From Fidelibacterota bacterium (GTDB taxonomy: Bacteria; Fidelibacterota; Marinisomatia; Marinisomatales; UBA2128), in assembly GCA_046861645.1 (NCBI GenBank), contig JBHHUM010000073.1, positions 1-10,655 of the forward strand: DNA of 10,655 bases, given 5' to 3'. The notes below the pieces were generated by a model that saw only the letters and a program-made list of their open reading frames with translations, had not been told where the DNA came from and did no database searches. Shown here in pieces: positions 6,930 through 10,655 of the stretch (positions within the stretch are counted from its first letter, which is position 1; every line of letters starts with the position of its first letter). The position numbers were made by a program, and so were the translations under genes.

Positions 6930-6976
6930 CAATTTAATGGTGGAATGATAAAAGTTAATTGTGGAGGTAATAATAA

Positions 6977-9475
6977 ATGAAACCCGTTAGTCTATTAAAC
7001 ATTTTTCTACTGGTTATTAGTTTCATAATTCCGTTTTCAGGAATGATGGCTGAAGAAGACATTATAAATGCAAAAGGAATCATCACTGGTGTCATTTTAG
7101 ATGCAGAGACTCAACAACCTTTAATCGGTGCCAATGTCATTGTTAAGGATATTGGTGTGGGAGACGCCACTAATGACGAGGGTAGATTTTACATAAAAGA
7201 AATTCCAGTAGGTACACACCACCTATGGGTGAGTATGATTGGTTATGAAAAACGCGTCTTGTTGAATTTACCTGTTACATCTGTCCGACCTCTTGATTTA
7301 ATCGTGGAGTTAAGAATATCCTCACTAAAAGGAGAAGAAGTGGAGGTTACGGGGAAAGCTTTTACGCGATCTTCAGCATCTGTTGTAAGTACCCTACATG
7401 TGGATAATGCTGAAATACGAAGTGATCCCGGCGGAACTTTTGATATACAACGGGTGGTACAATCTCTTCCATCAGTAATGACAGCAACAGATCAGGAGAA
7501 TGAGATCATCACTCGGGGTGGAATGCCAGGTGAAAATTTGTTCTTATTGGACAATATCGAGATTCCCAATCCTAATCATTTTGGATTTGAAGGAGTAGGA
7601 GGTGGACCGATTAATATGATTAATCCCTTGTTTGTCCGGGATATTGAATTCACGCCGGGTGCTTTTTCCGCTCGCTTTGGTGATAAAGCGAGTAGTATTA
7701 TGGATATCAAACTGCGGGAGGGTTCGCGCAAGCATTATGAATCTGATTTTGATCTTTCCATGGCTGGAGCGGGGTTCAATGTGGAAGGACCTTTGGCTGC
7801 AGGACGAGGATCATTCCTGGCAAGTAGTTTGTGGAGTTACCTGGAACTGATTGTGAAAAGCTTTGGTATGGTTGCGATTCCCAGATACAACAACCACCAG
7901 GCAAAGATAGTTTACGATCTTTCTCCCAATAATCGACTTATTGCTATCGGACTTGCTGGCTTTGATCAAATCAATATTGAGTCTGAAAATGAAGTTGTTA
8001 GCAGGGGTGCTGAGAGTGTCGATTGGAAAGGAGAAACTTATGTAGGCGGTATTACTTTACAGACCCTTTTGGGCAATCGTGGCTATGGATTGACTACGCT
8101 CTCTGCAGTTGATAAAAACTCTTATACCTGGGTGTACAACTTTGGGACCAAAGATAATCCTACCTTTACCCGTGATAACTCCCTTACCGAAAATACATTA
8201 AAATCTGACTGGTTTTTAAAAACATCCCTAGGAAATTTTTCGGTCGGCTTACAAATGCGACAAGTCAACTTTTATTATAAGGAGTGGGCAAAAGCAGATA
8301 CTGTGTACCTTTACGATACCACTTTTTGGGATGGCGAAGAGTGGAGTATCGATGATCCACCAACAGTTGGCATTACATATGTTGGTCCTGAGTTCAACTT
8401 TAACGAAAAAGGATCTGTCTGGAAAATGGGAATATATTCTCAGTGGCAGAAAACTCTCAGTCGAAAAAGTCAAGTTACGGCGGGAGGACGGTTTGATTAC
8501 TTTACCGCTACGGAGGAGTTGGTATTCTCACCAAGGTTGAACTGGGAGTTTTATTTGAGCGATGTTACAACTTTTCATCTTGGTTATGGAAAACATTACC
8601 AATTTCCAGGATATTACCTTGTTTTTCGCGATCCTAAAGGATTTAATAAAGATTTGAAAGCAAAATACACTCATCAGTTTGTGGTAGGAATGGAACGCTT
8701 TTTCGATCTTGATTTTAGAGGATCGCTGGAAGGGTTTTATAAGACTTACGATAATCTCCCCACGCACTATTATTGGACCAATCCCAAGGAAGAATATCCT
8801 TCTTCATTAGAGCATAGCACTCATTGGTTGAGTGAAGGTGAGGCCAAGAGTTACGGTTTTGAATTCTTTCTACAGAAGAAACTGACCCACAATTGGCATC
8901 TGCTATTCAGCTACGCCTGGAGTCACTCCCAAGCTAAAGACATGCGACTCTTTTTTAGCGAATCAGGATCACCTAATGATCAAGAACAGGATGGTGAATG
9001 GTACGACTGGGATTATGATATCCGTCATCAATTTACTTTTATTGGGGGTTGGAAAAAGAAGTTTCATGAGGAAACCTGGTATCAGGAATTGAAGAAAAAA
9101 AAATGGTTCCGCATCACTACAATGATACTTGGTCCTCTTAACCCTCTGGCCGATGAAATTGAATTGAATGTCCGCTTTGGATACAACAGTGGACGTCCCT
9201 ACACGGAAAGAACGTACCTGCCTGAGCTGAGAGATTGGGTGGCTACTGAGTACGCAGATTGGAATAACCTCCGTTTTCCGGAATACCACCGTTTAGACTT
9301 AATGTTTCTCCAGAGATGGATGCTTCCTAAAATGAATATTGTGGCTTATATTGATATCATGAACATCTATGATCGTAACAATTTATGGGATTACGCCTAT
9401 AATTCTGATGGTACTAAGAGCAAAGTGTGGCAGTACAAAACTATGCCTGTAGGAGGATTTACTCTGGAATTCTGA
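6977..9475 (+). CDS. TonB-dependent receptor with N-terminal carboxypeptidase-regulatory-like domain
   Basis: Signal peptide; GIITGVILDAETQQPLIGANV...ATNDEGRFYI domain; plug motifs RVVQSLPSV, IITRGG...ENLFLLDNIEI and GAFSARFGDKASSIMDI; barrel motifs FSPRL, YGFEF, SYAWS, NIYDRNN; C-terminal Phe (GGFTLEF). SD GGAGGT at 6963-6968. Confidence 0.95.
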   Translation: MKPVSLLNIFLLVISFIIPFSGMMAEEDIINAKGIITGVILDAETQQPLIGANVIVKDIGVGDATNDEGRFYIKEIPVGTHHLWVSMIGYEKRVLLNLPVTSVRPLDLIVELRISSLKGEEVEVTGKAFTRSSASVVSTLHVDNAEIRSDPGGTFDIQRVVQSLPSVMTATDQENEIITRGGMPGENLFLLDNIEIPNPNHFGFEGVGGGPINMINPLFVRDIEFTPGAFSARFGDKASSIMDIKLREGSRKHYESDFDLSMAGAGFNVEGPLAAGRGSFLASSLWSYLELIVKSFGMVAIPRYNNHQAKIVYDLSPNNRLIAIGLAGFDQINIESENEVVSRGAESVDWKGETYVGGITLQTLLGNRGYGLTTLSAVDKNSYTWVYNFGTKDNPTFTRDNSLTENTLKSDWFLKTSLGNFSVGLQMRQVNFYYKEWAKADTVYLYDTTFWDGEEWSIDDPPTVGITYVGPEFNFNEKGSVWKMGIYSQWQKTLSRKSQVTAGGRFDYFTATEELVFSPRLNWEFYLSDVTTFHLGYGKHYQFPGYYLVFRDPKGFNKDLKAKYTHQFVVGMERFFDLDFRGSLEGFYKTYDNLPTHYYWTNPKEEYPSSLEHSTHWLSEGEAKSYGFEFFLQKKLTHNWHLLFSYAWSHSQAKDMRLFFSESGSPNDQEQDGEWYDWDYDIRHQFTFIGGWKKKFHEETWYQELKKKKWFRITTMILGPLNPLADEIELNVRFGYNSGRPYTERTYLPELRDWVATEYADWNNLRFPEYHRLDLMFLQRWMLPKMNIVAYIDIMNIYDRNNLWDYAYNSDGTKSKVWQYKTMPVGGFTLEF

Positions 9476-9675
9476 TGCCGTACTTGTTTTGGTTCATTAT
9501 TGCCATAATTGTAATTATAGTTGGGGGAACATTTTATTGGTCATCCTATCGAAATTCAAAAAGTTCAGATACTCATGAGAACGACCTTGAGGAATGGATA
9601 TGTTCTACTTGTGGGTTCCAGGTGCAAATGGGTTTGGAATGCATCTATTGTGGTGAAAAGAAGTCTGCCGTCTGA
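9475..9675 (+). CDS. 66-aa single-TM protein with a C-terminal C4 zinc ribbon
   Basis: ATG 9475 overlaps the receptor stop (TGATG), preferred over the track start at 9427. One TM helix (YLFWFIIAIIVIIVGGTFYW), a polar linker, then W-x-C-x2-C-x9-C-x2-C. Confidence 0.8.
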   Translation: MPYLFWFIIAIIVIIVGGTFYWSSYRNSKSSDTHENDLEEWICSTCGFQVQMGLECIYCGEKKSAV

Positions 9676-9711
9676 GTAAGAGTATCATTAGATTTACTGA
9701 CAGGAAGTAAT

Positions 9712-10365
9712 TTGGAAGTCACTGCTTTGCTCAGACCGTTTATCTACGAACCAACAACCTTTATCACTGACCTCATCCTGGCTGGGATGAGTGTTTACTT
9801 TGGCACACGGCTATCTGCAGTCTATTGGCAGACATTTCATCCCTTTCATTTTAATCTAATGGTCGGTCTTTATCTGTTAGGGATGGGAGCTCTGCTAGGC
9901 GGTATTGCTCACGGTTTTGGACCTCTCTTATCCCAGGTTCTGAAAGAAATTGTTTGGAAAACCACTCTGATATTGATCGGTTTAACCACCTGTTACATAC
10001 TACTGAGCGCCCTTGCCGCTGTTTTTCCTTTTGAGCAGTATACCCTCCTGCGTTGGATAGCCTTCCTGGTTACGGGAGTCTATGTTTTCATAATCATTCG
10101 CGACAGTGATTTCGCGAACGTCATTCGTTTTTATGCCCCCATGCTGATTATTGTCTGTTTATTGATGTTGTATTTGTTCCTGGAAGGAGATCACACTGGA
10201 AGTGGTCTATTTCTTACCGGGTTGATTGTTACTCTAACTGGTGCTGTCATGCATATGAAAGGGGTTTCCATTCATCGGCATTTCAATCATAATGACCTTT
10301 ATCATGTGATCCAAATGGTAGGATTGTGGTATATCTACAAGGGGGGAGTGATGCTCAGATTTTAG
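9712..10365 (+). CDS. Roughly 7-TM membrane protein, DUF6962-like
   Basis: TTG start with AGGA at 9702-9705. About 7 hydrophobic segments with EPTTFITD, GGIAHGF and HFNHNDLYHVIQ motifs. Family name is from recall, not a search. Confidence 0.7.
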   Translation: MEVTALLRPFIYEPTTFITDLILAGMSVYFGTRLSAVYWQTFHPFHFNLMVGLYLLGMGALLGGIAHGFGPLLSQVLKEIVWKTTLILIGLTTCYILLSALAAVFPFEQYTLLRWIAFLVTGVYVFIIIRDSDFANVIRFYAPMLIIVCLLMLYLFLEGDHTGSGLFLTGLIVTLTGAVMHMKGVSIHRHFNHNDLYHVIQMVGLWYIYKGGVMLRF

Positions 10366-10605
10366 ATTACGATTGAGATTCTGTAATATTATTTAATATT
10401 GTTAATTGAAAAGGGTGTGGGTTTTACTAAAAAATCAGAAAAGTAATGAATTAAATAGAAAGGTTCTTGGGGTGAGGTAGAGTTACAGGATATACACTTT
10501 GATTTGTAGTAAAACGTTTAATTTCTTTAAACATTCTTTCAACTTATTATTTTGAACCTTACTGATATAGCTAGCTTTTCTTTTTCACCAATCAAGGCTT
10601 TTTAT

Positions 10606-10653
10606 TTAATCCGATAATATTACCCCTTTGAACTCCAGATTTGGTGGTACATC
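10606..10653 (-). CDS. Possible 3' end (partial) of a convergent gene
   Basis: A minus-strand frame open from the window edge reads DVPPNLEFKGVILSD* and is more GC-rich than the adjacent AT-rich tail. Too short to identify. Confidence 0.3.
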   Translation of the reverse strand, partial: DVPPNLEFKGVILSD

Positions 10654-10655
10654 AA

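Noticed and set aside
5163..9289. Short ORFs overlapping amrS and the TonB receptor gene
   Set aside because: Nested in or antisense to strongly supported genes; no recognisable protein features.
10366..10605. AT-rich tail with AATATTA-TT-TAATATT inverted repeat (10385-10400) and a 27-codon minus-strand ORF (10451-10534)
   Set aside because: Such repeats and short ORFs are expected in very AT-rich DNA; no origin boxes, iterons or RNA gene signature seen.
1..10655. CRISPR array, tRNA/rRNA, insertion sequence, prophage or defence genes
   Set aside because: No regularly spaced repeats, cloverleaf signatures or recognisable mobility or defence proteins were found.

Overview
Non-mobile chromosomal segment, probably from an FCB-superphylum bacterium. 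The lineage is inferred from a T9SS/FlgD-type C-terminal tail, a CarboxypepD-led TonB-dependent receptor and strong Shine-Dalgarno use, which suit Ca. Neomarinimicrobiota or a similar lineage better than Bacteroidota. Gene order: 3' end of a secreted protein (+); EamA/DMT transporter (-, apparently leaderless); a ~986-aa exported M1 zinc aminopeptidase with a Lys-rich insertion and a C-terminal region bearing Omp85/BamA-type barrel motifs (+); a hypothetical / VKOR / AmrS radical SAM cluster (+); a PadR / TonB-dependent receptor / membrane-anchored Zn-ribbon microprotein / 7-TM His-motif protein cluster (+) preceded by a perfect ATGT-N8-ACAT palindrome; an AT-rich tail. No CRISPR array, rRNA, tRNA, transposase or integrase was seen. 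Best leads are the peptidase-Omp85-barrel fusion, the PadR-controlled import module, and a recurrent TAnnTTCC promoter-like motif. All family calls are by-eye motif recognition; no searches were run.
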